Source of the DNA: Takakia lepidozioides
Lineage: Eukaryota > Plantae > Bryophyta
NCBI GenBank assembly: GCA_030704615.1
Contig: CM060733.1
Coordinates: forward strand, 2,356,001-2,420,000
Direction of reading: 5' to 3'
Length of the DNA: 64,000 nucleotides
The stretch's first letter is position 1; the number at the start of each line of letters is the position of its first letter. The notes beneath the pieces are model-generated. The model made no database searches, was not told the origin of the DNA, and worked only from the letters and a program-made list of their open reading frames with translations. The translations under genes and the position numbers were made by a program. Below, piece after piece: positions 53,385 to 64,000 of this stretch.

Positions 53385-54669
53385 TGCAACCCAACACACT
53401 AGTTGAGAGAAAGCCTGAAACCCTAATAGTGCGGAGGGGAGGGAGGGAGAGAGAGAGAGCGTGTGGGTGGCAGTCTCAAGCAGACGTATTCCAAATTGGT
53501 TCCAATTAGGTTTGCTAATTATAGACTAACTAATTAATTACTACCTAATCTGACTCAAGAGATCCCCTCTCATTACCCCATCTCTCGTATGTTGAGTGAG
53601 TTTTCATTGGCTAATCTGAAGACCTCTCTCCATATTGGAACGGTGAACATACAGGCTGAAATTAGTATTTCATTGAAGCATGGACGTCTTTAGATCGGTC
53701 TGTTCCTTTGATGAATCGCGTCATACAGTGGAAAGGAGAATTTGCAATGGAGAAGTACAAAATCAAGCGTATGATTGTGAGTGCCCACGGTGGGTTGACA
53801 ATGCAGCATCTGCGGGAATGGACCTGGTTTGGGTCTTGGTCTGGAACAAGCACCGACGACTCCAGCACCACCTTCACAAAATCTCTTTAGTGTTTAATTT
53901 TGTTTTGAACATACTAATCTCATGTTAAATGGCTGCACTGCGGAACACTTGCATAGTTCCGCTGTCACTGATATCAAATTACTGTAGTATGGAGGAAGGA
54001 AGAAGAAAAGAAAGACCGAATGCATAATGTCCACCTGGTGTGGAGAGAAGGGGCGAGGGGCAGGATTTTGTCAATCACCACAGAGAGGCGGGCTCCTTGC
54101 AGCCATGAAAAGCTGGTGAATATCTCTAAAATGATAAAAGTTCTTGGACTTGCCAACTTTAATCCTCAAAGATTATTGTTAGTAAAACGACATAGATTAT
54201 AGATCTGAGGAAGTGCTGGTCTGGGGCATAGAAAACAGATCCACTGGAAGACCAGGTTGCCGTGAGAAATCAGAACTGAAGTGTCGTCAAAGATGTAAAA
54301 TGTTCTGAAGTCTTCATTTGCTCACAGATTAGCAGAATATTTTAACCTTGAAAGTTCATTCTGTTTGAGAAGCACAATGTGTCATCTGAGTTAGCTACCA
54401 GCTCCCTACATGTTTGAAGTACAAATCATCATGGCAATAAGAAGGTACCTGCTACAGCATCCTTGTGTCAAAGTCATCACTCTTGCAGAGTAGCTCAGAT
54501 ATGCAGTGATAATGTGAAGCTCCTCAATAGTGGAATATAAGTTCTGCTGAAGAAGTGCAGGGTGATGATATTGCACAACAGGCTTTGAGAGGGTTACTGT
54601 CTCGACTAGTCTACATGTTGGGAGGATGTTACAGCCTATATTCGATTATCACTGAACACATGTCTCCCT

Positions 54670-57277
54670 TTGTGGAGTCAGGCCATGATTGCAAACAGTC
54701 ATCTGAACATCCTAATGAGCCCTTGTGGATTCACAGCTACAAGAAAACTGCAAGATGGTCAACTGGAAGCACCAGCAGCATGGTTGATTCAATCAGGAAC
54801 CTCGACCTCGACTGCTGCTTCTGGAAGAGTGCCAAGAGAGGAGGTCCAAAAAATGTCTTCTGGCATTCGTGGGCATCTGAGGACACTATCTGAGGCCGGA
54901 CAACTGAAAGAGGCTCTGCACATTTTAAAAGGAGGCAGTTCGGCAGACTCCGAGACATATGTATGTCTCTTGCATAAGTGCATGAAGATGAAAGGCCTAG
55001 CAGCAGGAAAGCAGGTGCACACACACATTATCCAAAGTGGATTCAAGCCAAATGTGTTTCTACTCAACACTCTTGTCGACATGTATGTCAAGTGCGGGAG
55101 TATTGTGGATGCACACCGTGTGTTTAACAAAATGCCTGAACGAGATATGTTTTCGTGGACTATAATGATTTCAGGTTATACCAAGTATGGTCGTGGTAGG
55201 AATGCCGTTGAGATCTATGAGCAAATGATACAACAAGGGCTGATACCTGACAAGGTCACGTTCATTTGTGTTCTCAAGGCGTGTGCAAGTCTGGCAGCCC
55301 TGGAAAAGGGGAAAGAGGTCCATGCAGACATCATGAAAGCTGGAATTGTACCAAATATCATTCTGGAGACCACCCTTGTGGACATGTATTCCAAGTGTGG
55401 GAGTCTTGAAGATGCAAAGGAAGTGTTTGACAGTATGGCTGAACGAAATGTGGTGTCATGGAGTGTGATGATTGTCGGATATGCCCAGCATGGGTGTGGG
55501 ATGGAGGCTTTGGAGACCTATGAGCAAATGATGCGGGAAGGGGTGAAGCCGAACCAGGTGTCATTTGTGGGCGTTTGCAATGCTTGTGCCAGCCTGGCAG
55601 CCCTGGATAAGGGGAAGGAGGTCCATGGCGACATTGTGAAAGCTGGGATTGTGCCAAATATCATTCTGGACACTGCCCTCATCAATATGTATGCTAAATG
55701 CGGGAGCCTTGAGGATGCAAAGAGAGTGTTTGACAAGATGGCTGAACGCAATGTGGTCTCCTGGAGTGCGATGATTGCAGGATATGCCCAGCATGGGTGT
55801 GGGTTGGAGGCTTTGGAGACCTATGTGGAAATGATGCAAGAGGGGGTGAAGCCCGACCATGTCACTTTCATTTGTGTTCTCAAGGCATGTGCCAGCCTGG
55901 CTGCCCTGGAAAAGGGCAGAGAGGTCCATGCTGCCATCATGAAAGCTGGAATCATACCAACTATCATTCTGGACACTACTCTGGTGGACATGTATGCCAA
56001 GTGTGGGAGCATCAAGGATGCAAAGGCAGTGTTCAACAGTATGGCTGAGCGAAATTTAGTCTCTTGGAATGTGATGATCGCAGGGTTCGCCCAGCATGGA
56101 TGTGGGATGGAGGCATTGGAGACCTATAAGCAAATGATGCAGGAAGGGGTCAAGCCCAACCAGATCACGTTCGTCTGCATTAGCAATGCCTGTGCCAGCC
56201 TTGCAGCCCTGGAGAAGGGCAAAGAGGTCCATGCTGACATCCTGAAAGCTGGAATTGTACCAAATATCATTCTGGACAATGTCCTTGTGGACATGTATGC
56301 CAAATGTGGGAGCATCGCTGATGCAAAGGAAGTGTTCGAGAGTATGGCTGAACGAAATGTAGTGTCATGGAGTGCAATGATCGCATGCCCAGCATGGTTG
56401 TCGTAGAGAGGCCTTGCAATTGTTTGAAGGAATGCAAAAGGAAGGCTTGAAGCCGAACAGTATCACCTTTATATGTGTTCTTTCTGCTTGTAGCCACGTG
56501 GGCCTAGTGGATGAAGGCAGACACTACTTTGATTCCCTGAGTCAAGATCATGGACTCACTCCGGCAGTGGAGCACTTTGGTTGCATGGTGGACCTTCTTG
56601 GCCGAGCAGGGCGAGTGGATGAGGCAGAGGACTTCATTAACAAAATGCCAATCAAACCTGGTGCAGTGGTGTGGAAGGCGTTGCTTGGTGCCTGCAAAAT
56701 TTATGGCAATGTGGAGGTGGCAGAACGTGCAGCAAAATATATTCTCCAGTGTGATCGACAGGATGCCGCAACTTATGTGTTGCTATCAAACATCTATGCT
56801 GCAGCTGGCAGGTGGGATGATACTGCAAAAGTGAGAAAAATGATGAAGGTCAGAGGTGTCAGAAAGGAGCCAGGTTGCTGCTGCATTGAGGTCGGCAACG
56901 GGGTGCACACCTTTGTTGTAGATGACAAATCACATCCACAAATTGAGGAAATCCATGCTGAGCTGAGAAAATTGTCTGGGCAGATGAAGCAGGCGGGGTA
57001 CATGCCTGACACGCGCTTTGTATTGCATGAAGTGGAGGAGGAGCAAAAGGAATTTTCTCTTGGCCACCACAGTGAGAAGCTGGCCATTGCTTTGGGGCTG
57101 ATCAGCACGGCCCCCGGGACGCCTCTCCGTGTTATCAAGAACCTTAGGGTGTGTGGTGATTGCCACACAGCTACCAAGTTCATTTCAAAGATTGTTGGCC
57201 GAGCAATTGTTGTGCGGGATGCAAACCACTTTCACCACTTCGAAAATGGGTTTTGTTCCTGTGGGGAGTACTGGTGA
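54670..57277 (+). pseudogene. PLS-class PPR-E-DYW organellar RNA editing factor, frameshifted at ~56385
   Basis: P-L-S triplets with a 303-bp period; E1/E2, PG box (KEPGCCCIEV), HSEKLA, CGDCH, terminal EYW; a 5-nt deletion splits ORFs 54670-56406 and 56414-57277; start codon uncertain. Confidence 0.9.
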
Positions 57278-59151
57278 AACACAGTTTTCTCTCGTAAGGT
57301 GCGAGTTTCTGGTTTCATTCATTAAAACTGTGCAGCTGCTTTGTTCATTTGCCACTCCCTGGGAATGTTGACTATGAGGTACTTTTGAGGGCATTTCTTC
57401 CTGGTATATCAACCTTCCAAGAGCCAATTATGGGGTCCACCCACCAGGAGATGGACACTCAGCTTGACATTGCAATATATTCCTTTGTAACCAATGGCAA
57501 TGTGGTTGCACGCATTAACTGTTGATCTACAGGGTGGTCTAGATCATGCTTGAAAACTAGATGTGGATGGCTGCTGTCGTAACTCCTAATTTGTGCATAG
57601 GTGTGAGACATTACCATTATTGACCTGCACAGTAGTCTCTCGAAAGGGAGAGAGGGAGAGAGAGCTCGTACATTTCCTGCAACATGAGGTGGTGGGCAAG
57701 TGTTCTGTGCAAGGGGTGATCTTCGCATGTTCTCCACCATCGGAAAGACAGGTATGTGTGGATTGTTTGCTATAGCTTTTTTGACTTCTTGTTTCGCACT
57801 CGCAGCTGTCTTTCTTTGCTTGGACTCTCGTACAAAATTATACCTCATATTCATCTGTGCAGCTGCACATGGGAAGTTTCCTGGCCCCGCCCTTATGTAG
57901 GTGTCACCCCCCTAATTTCAAATCATGCTGGAATGGGTGTCAATGGCCCACCCGCCATCCAAATGTTGTACAGCATGGCCCTGGTGATGGCTCTGAGGGA
58001 TAGTGCATTTATGTTCTCGAGGTCAAGCAACTGCTTGTATATGGATTTCGACTTGAGAAAATATAATTTGAAGTAACAATGTCATCACTCTCCTTAAATT
58101 GTTTCTTACCTGTTCCAGGTCATTGGTCGAGCGAGCAGCAATGCATCATATGTGTGAATCTCCTTTCTTCTTAGTATTCAGACCTGATGTAAGGGACGGG
58201 ATGTTGAGCACTCACCAATTACTATGGACTAGATAGAGTCAACAGGAGGAGGATTATGGGACTTGGCATGCCGCAACTGCAGGAGTGGTGAGGATAGCCT
58301 TTGCAACTGGCAACATCAGGTTGGTTGCCTTTTCGAGGAGAAAATCCTTTCCCTCCCTCTCGATTTCTCTGGAGTTCATACATGAGCATAGTCAGGTTTA
58401 AATCCAGTATCTCCACCATAAAAGGGGACCCGTTACTTCCTCCTGCCACCAAGAGTGGCTCCCGTGCACCAATACCTCCACAATCCAACGATGTGCCCTA
58501 TCTCTCCAGGATGTTTGCTTCCTTGAATCCTTCATCAGTTTTGCATCAATGCAAGCAGAGTTGGGCATGGTGTTTCAGTTTAGAAGACTGGGATTTCTAC
58601 CTAGAATACACTATACTACAAGCACAGGCCGAGTCTTCAAAAGTCAAAAGATTTCAGCTGAGCACACTGATTCTGCAATAAAATCCACGAAGGGAATTTA
58701 CTCCTGCACAGCATTGATGGTTGCATGTGTTGCAGATTGGTTTGCAACATTTCAATGAAGATTGAAGCTACGACAGATCATGCAAAAGAAAAAAGATGGA
58801 AAAAGATGACAATGAGGAAAGCAAACTGATAGTCAACTTGTTCAAGGTTTCGGCATGAGTACAAATGTTTGAAGCCTTGGTTATTTATTTTCATCGGTGG
58901 AGTGGTTGATCATATTGAACACATGTGCGAACACAGCTGAACGCCAACTGCCCACACACGGATAGGGACAAGTGGCCTACACCTCCAAATCAGTAGTTTT
59001 GTTATATACAATGACATATCATGCTACATGGATGTGAGCATCTAGCCAACAAGCAATTGCTACACTTTTAAGCTTGTTTTGCTTGAACGCCACTCACATC
59101 GATGCTGACAGATGGGGCACTCCGCGAGGGCCATTATAACAATATGGTCAA

Positions 59152-60423
59152 CTAGACCTGTTTATGTGCCACTTTGTAATCTCTCTTGTCCTTCTTGACT
59201 TCCTTGAGAAGGTGAAGATCCCACACAATGTTGAAATTGATATTTGCACATCCCAGCAGATTATTATCCTGATCGAAAATCTGTAGTTTGATCTTGTAGG
59301 AGCCCTGCACAAGAGTAACCATACAGCTGTAACAAAATATTTGTACTGATGATTGTGGTAGCTATGAACCTTAGTGCAGATCTCCATCCCTAAATGACAA
59401 GGCCACCAACTCTTACAAGAAGGGGTGAAGTAAAGATAGCCATCTGAAAATCTGAAGAGAGCTTGTCTGTTATTTACCGGGGGTGTGTACACTGGCAAAA
59501 CCTCTGTATTGATCAGCTGGAATTCTCCGGGAGAAATTGGGCACCTGGACTTGGAACAAAGGTCATCCCGCTCAGTGTGCACCTTAAATCCATAATAATT
59601 GACGGTCACAACAACTGTTCCCCCACTGATTTCCTGATCTGCCCATCCAACAACACTAACACACATTGGGAAGTTGGGTCGGGGTGCAGGGTTGTACTTG
59701 AGATTCATGTATATGATGATCCTTCACTATATATATACTTCATTATAGTGCAAAAACTGCTTGAAGAATGAATCCAGTTCAAACAAATGCCAAACAAAAC
59801 AGAGAAACAAAGCTCCCTGACACATAGTAACTGTGGTCCCCCTCTCCCCAATAGCAGTTAACATTTGACGCACAAGACCAGGACCCGATAAATCCCTGTC
59901 ATACAGCTCTGTGATATGTACATATACTCAATGATCTGCATGAGAAGCACCAATGAACGAGAAAGAAAAGCAGAAAGTGATCTTACGGGCAATGGTATGA
60001 AAGACGCCTCGCCTCCACTCACCACAGGGATTGCGTATTTGGCATTTTTATCTACACTGACCACACACATCTTCCTTACAAGTCAAAAACGTACATTGAA
60101 AGTCATTGCTTCGCTCAGGATATTACACTAAAAAACACAACACGACATTCCCATGATGGATATGCTACCAAAAATTTCCTACTCGGTTCACCCCAAATTC
60201 AGGGATCACTCCAAATGGGACACCGTAAGGATCAGTGTATTAAGCCCAAGCAGTGAAGAAATATTTGCTTACTTTCTCATCTCAATCTAGCTGGTACACA
60301 TATACTAAAAGGCAAAACTATCATCTCTTAGAAATTTCCCTCAACCATGCAAGCAGACATCAATACCAGAAGCAAGTGAAATACGGCTCAACCTTTGTAC
60401 AAAATCAACTTAGTAACATCCAT
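59152..60423 (-). pseudogene. ML (MD-2-related lipid-recognition, NPC2-like) domain gene, apparently degenerate at its 5' end
   Basis: Exons ISGGTVVVTVNYYGFKVHTERDDLC..CPISPGEF..LPVYTPP and GSYKIKL..GC..F; upstream exon DKNAKYAI-PVVSG is shorter than typical; signal-peptide-like exon at ~60423-60330 contains in-frame stops. Confidence 0.7.
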
Positions 60424-60639
60424 AAATAGGATTTCAAATATGTCACCCTATTCACCAAGGTTTATGAAGTTTGACCCCTCAAGTTGGCCTGGCTTACTCA
60501 TTTGAATAGTAAGTTCTAGGAAGGCAGCATCGCGGATGCCGAGCTGCAGAGAGCAAGTAGGTAGGTAAACCGATTGTTCGAGGTGAATGGAGAGACGAAG
60601 CTGCGGGTGTAGCTTCCAATTGCTCACGTGGGCCGTGGC

Positions 60640-61620
60640 TTAACCCCTAAAGGACAAGAGGTGTTTTTGGGTTTTTGGACAATTCCGGGACCCACCCTCA
60701 CACGTCAGCGGCTACCTGCCCACCAACGTTCATCCACATGGATTAACCGTACAAACCGCTTCCTATCTACCAAATGCATAAGCCCCCCAAATTTGGGGAG
60801 ATTCCATCCCTTGTATTTTGGGAGATTATAACATTTGAAGACGGTGCATTTTTTTGAAAATAGAAAAAACAAAGCAAAAGTTCATGTTTGACCAAGCAAA
60901 TTATCCATGATCCCAAATTTTCCTGGGAGAAAAAGTGCTATATTCCTGTGAAGTGCACAATCCCAAACCCTCACACCAAATGGGGGTCCGAAAAGAGAAT
61001 TTGCAAAGGAAATGGTATAGGCCCCATTGGGACCCCAAATTCTTCTTCATTTGGGAATTCCAACGGTCAGTCCCTCATAGGCCAAGAACTACACAAGCCT
61101 GCCCAAGAATTTCCCAAATGCCTAAATTGCATTTGGGATGTGGGATTTTGTGAAATTTCCGGCCCCCTCCAGGTCAGGCAATCGGTGGCCGGAATTTCGC
61201 CTGAATCCGGCGATGTTTTCCGGGCCACGTCGAGGTTTCCCATTATTTGCCAGGGCCAGCTCATTCGAGCCGTCCCCGTGTTCGTCGGCGTTTTGGGGAG
61301 GGCCTCACAAGCCCCCGACTCCAACCCCTGCATGGCCCCCGCCGCAAAATCCCACCCGCGTGGCCGCTGCCACCTGCCACGTCGACGGTCAACTGCCGTG
61401 CCCCCCCCAACCCAAAATCCTGCAATTTCCAAACTTCAAAAAATTCCTGACGGCTGAGTCTTTCTCTGTTGGGGGCGTCATAAAGACCTGCGTGTGCAGC
61501 TCGTTCCGCGCTACATTTTTCGTTCAAGCCGCTCATTCATTAGACTTCATCCGTGCATGCTACGGATGGATGAAAAATCGGGCCGACCCGATTCAGGTCG
61601 GCTCGTCGTTAAGGGGTTAA
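60640..61620. mobile_element. piggyBac-like MITE (TTAA-flanked)
   Basis: TTAA|CCCCTAAAGGAC ... GTCGTTAAGGGG|TTAA, imperfect TIRs, non-coding interior. Confidence 0.65.
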
Positions 61621-61769
61621 AGGACTTTTTAGGATTGTTGTAACCCTGCAAAGCTTTTATTTACAAACTGACATGAGGTAACTGTACAAAGTATGAAAAG
61701 TTCCCATAGCAAGGAAAGAGTTAACATAAAAAAATGAAAAAGAAATCATATCAAGCTAATCAAAGCGAA

Positions 61770-62210
61770 TGATCATCCCATCCAACTGCCTAAATGACAT
61801 CAGACAAAGAAATGGGTGTGACGTCGGGAAGAGTAGGAAGATGAGACGAAGCCATGCCAGCTACAGTAGACCGATGCAAGACGGACATAGCCTGTGCCTT
61901 CTATAGTGCTACGGAAACTCGTTGTCTATAGAAAGCTATGAAGACAGAAGCATGGGGAATGCCATTGATCTTGTTCTTAGCAGCATGATGAGCACAAGTA
62001 CGAAGAAAGTCGTCGAACTGACGATGAAGACATCCAAAGATCTCCACAGCCAGTGGAAGGAACGCATCTGTGGGATGACGGTCTTGATAGTCTCGTTGCT
62101 TGGTCTGTGCAGCAATCAAAGCGGCAGTGCCTTGGGAAGAGGCCGAGCGAGAAAGTAAGTCGGATCAAGTGGGATCGGCAATGACAACATCTGCAAGGGT
62201 GCACAAACCA
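61770..62210 (-). mobile_element. 3' fragment of an RLE-type (CRE-like) non-LTR retrotransposon
   Basis: DVVIADPT..AAQTKQRDY..FLPLAVEIFGCLH..YRQRVSVAL restriction-like endonuclease motifs. Confidence 0.7.
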
Positions 62211-62223
62211 TCTCGAGATAGGA

Positions 62224-62732
62224 TGTCAAGTTATTTTATCATTAGTGTGAAACTAGCTAGGAAATAGCTAGCTTTTACATATTGACATTTGGGATTGGCC
62301 CAAATGTCAATCCAGGGGTCAAGGCAGATTTAGGCCCTGGAGTGGTTATCTTCACGGCAAGCGCGGGGAGGCTCATCTTTCTCGAGTTGAGCCTCACCGC
62401 GCCTAGCTATGGCGCCGTAGTGTGGATTCCCCATGGCGTAGGGTGCACTTGGCTTGATTTGTATTTGAGTGATGAGTTTTGTCAAGTTATTTTACCACTA
62501 GTGTGAAGTTAGCTTGGAAATAACTAGCTTTTATATATTGACATTTGGGATTGACCCAAGTGTCAATCCAAGAGCCAATACATGTTTGGGCACCTAACGT
62601 TGTTATCTTCACGGCAGATCGCGGTGGGCTCATCTTTCTCGAGTTGAGCCTCACCGCGTCTAGCTATGGCGCCGTAGTGTGGATTCCCCATGGCGTGGGG
62701 TGCACTTGGCTCGACTTAATATATGAGTGATG
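62224..62732 (+). repeat. Tandem duplication, ~257-bp unit
   Basis: TGTCAAGTTATTTTA...GGTGCACTTGGCT occurs twice (from ~62224 and ~62480); probably part of an unclassified repeat running off the window. Confidence 0.8.
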
Positions 62733-63684
62733 TTTTCATGTGCAAGTATGTGAGTTTGAGAGAGCTTGTGTGCTTGTATCATTCGTTTCCCTATCACTCG
62801 AGAAAGATCAGCTCGAGTCTGTGAGTGCCAGGTTCGAGTTAGTTGTAGCACTTGTGTTTTCAGATCATGAGAAGCGGTTCAGCCTAGAGTGCAGGGAGCC
62901 GTGCATGAGCCTATCCAAAGCGGATAGAGTGCAAAGGCGAACAGGTTGCACGTTTGTCATGGATAGAGAGGCGGGTAGCCTATGTTGAAGAGCGGCGTTG
63001 CATAGCTCAAAGCTATGGCAACCAAGTTTGGGCTTCTAGTGTGAAGCGGAGGAGATGTTAGCCACGAGTGGGCGAACTGGTGATCGTCTTCTTCAGCTGC
63101 AGGCCGAATTAAGGAGCTGCTGAAATGTGGGTTGCGCATGGGAAGTTAGCATGTTGCAGGTTGGAGATGATAAGATCAGCTCCAGGTATTTCTGCCCGAA
63201 ACTAGTTGTTGCGGGTAGATGAGGAGCAGCCGAATGGTGGAGCTGCGAGGGGATGCATCGCAGTCCGTTGGGAGCTTTAGCTCCAAGCTCATGAAGAGGT
63301 ATGAGTGAAGAGAGGGGGCTGGTCCCTCTTGTGTGCAAATCAGTGCACTTGTGAAGCATGTGCTGAGTTGGAGTTTCAATCTGAAACTCACCAGTGTCAG
63401 GGCTCTTGGAGTGGCAAGAGCGAGGCTGGAAGGGCAGCAACGAGGCGCCCTAGAGCCAAGGGAAACGCATGAGAAGTGCAGGTGCACCAAGTTTCTAAAG
63501 GTGTGTATTTTCAGATTTGTTTTTGTGAGCTTCATGAAGAAAATGGAGCTTGTTGGGCAGCATATAGTTTGCTTGTTGAGTTGGGGGCACTTCTAGTGGG
63601 CCGTGAGAGCTCAAGAGTGCATGGCGATGGGGCTGATGGCTCCGCAGAAGCCATAGCTCAGTGGCAGTAGATGCAGGAGCAAAC

Positions 63685-63925
63685 CCCAGCTCGGGGAGAG
63701 CTCGGGAACGCGTGGGAACGTAAAAAACGCCTCGGGAACGCATGGGAACTCGTTGGGAGTTCCAGGGAACGCAAGGAATAGTGGCCGTGATGGACCGTTG
63801 GGGCGGTATCATGAGATACCACGAGCCCAGATCGTGATGGTTGACCGTGACTGTTGACCGTGACCGTTGACCGTGACCGTTGGAAGCTGTTGTGCGGGCA
63901 CAACGGGTTGGCACGGTGACCAGAT
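63685..63925 (+). repeat. Short degenerate tandem motifs (GGGAACGC; GACCGT)
   Basis: GGGAAC(G) recurs at 63704-63772; (GT)TGACCGTGA recurs at 63840-63880. Confidence 0.65.
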
Positions 63926-64000
63926 CGTGAGGATGGCGGGCCGTGAAGGCTCGTGGGAGTGGTACCACGGGGTATCACTGGGCAGTCCGTGGCCAACGAG

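Noticed and set aside
60888-61620. Overlapping 120-190 aa ORFs
   Set aside because: They lie inside the GC-rich MITE interior and have no protein motifs.

Overview
Eukaryotic nuclear DNA from a land plant, probably a non-seed plant (inferred from the intronless PLS-DYW PPR gene, plastid ClpR3, a standalone cyanobacterial-type GIY-YIG gene and a chromovirus). The first ~37.7 kb is a nest of mobile elements. An old Ty3/gypsy element (LTRs 2167-~2687 and 37236-37714, GAGG target duplication) has its pol region inverted relative to its LTRs and gag. It hosts (i) an ~18.9 kb TIR-bounded DNA transposon (~6133-25014) with a Sola1/DUF7869-type transposase, (ii) a very recent chromovirus (25917-32884, GCTTG TSD) inserted head-on into a fragment of its own family, and (iii) a non-coding repeat-rich element (~33427-36152). 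The most unusual feature is the giant transposon's second, intron-rich gene. It appears to join Pol II CTD-like YSP repeats, a ParB/Srx-like domain, a degenerate amino-methyltransferase-like fold and three FCP1/NIF-like phosphatase domains. About 14 copies of a 24-bp palindrome (AACCTCCACTG-NN-CAGTGGAGGTT) lie along the element, mostly in introns and UTRs, like parS or operator sites. The remaining ~26 kb is gene-rich: GIY-YIG gene, ClpR3, RIO2 kinase, a frameshifted PPR-DYW gene, a degenerate ML-domain gene, LINE fragments and a TTAA-flanked piggyBac-like MITE. All domain calls are by-eye motif recognition, not database results.
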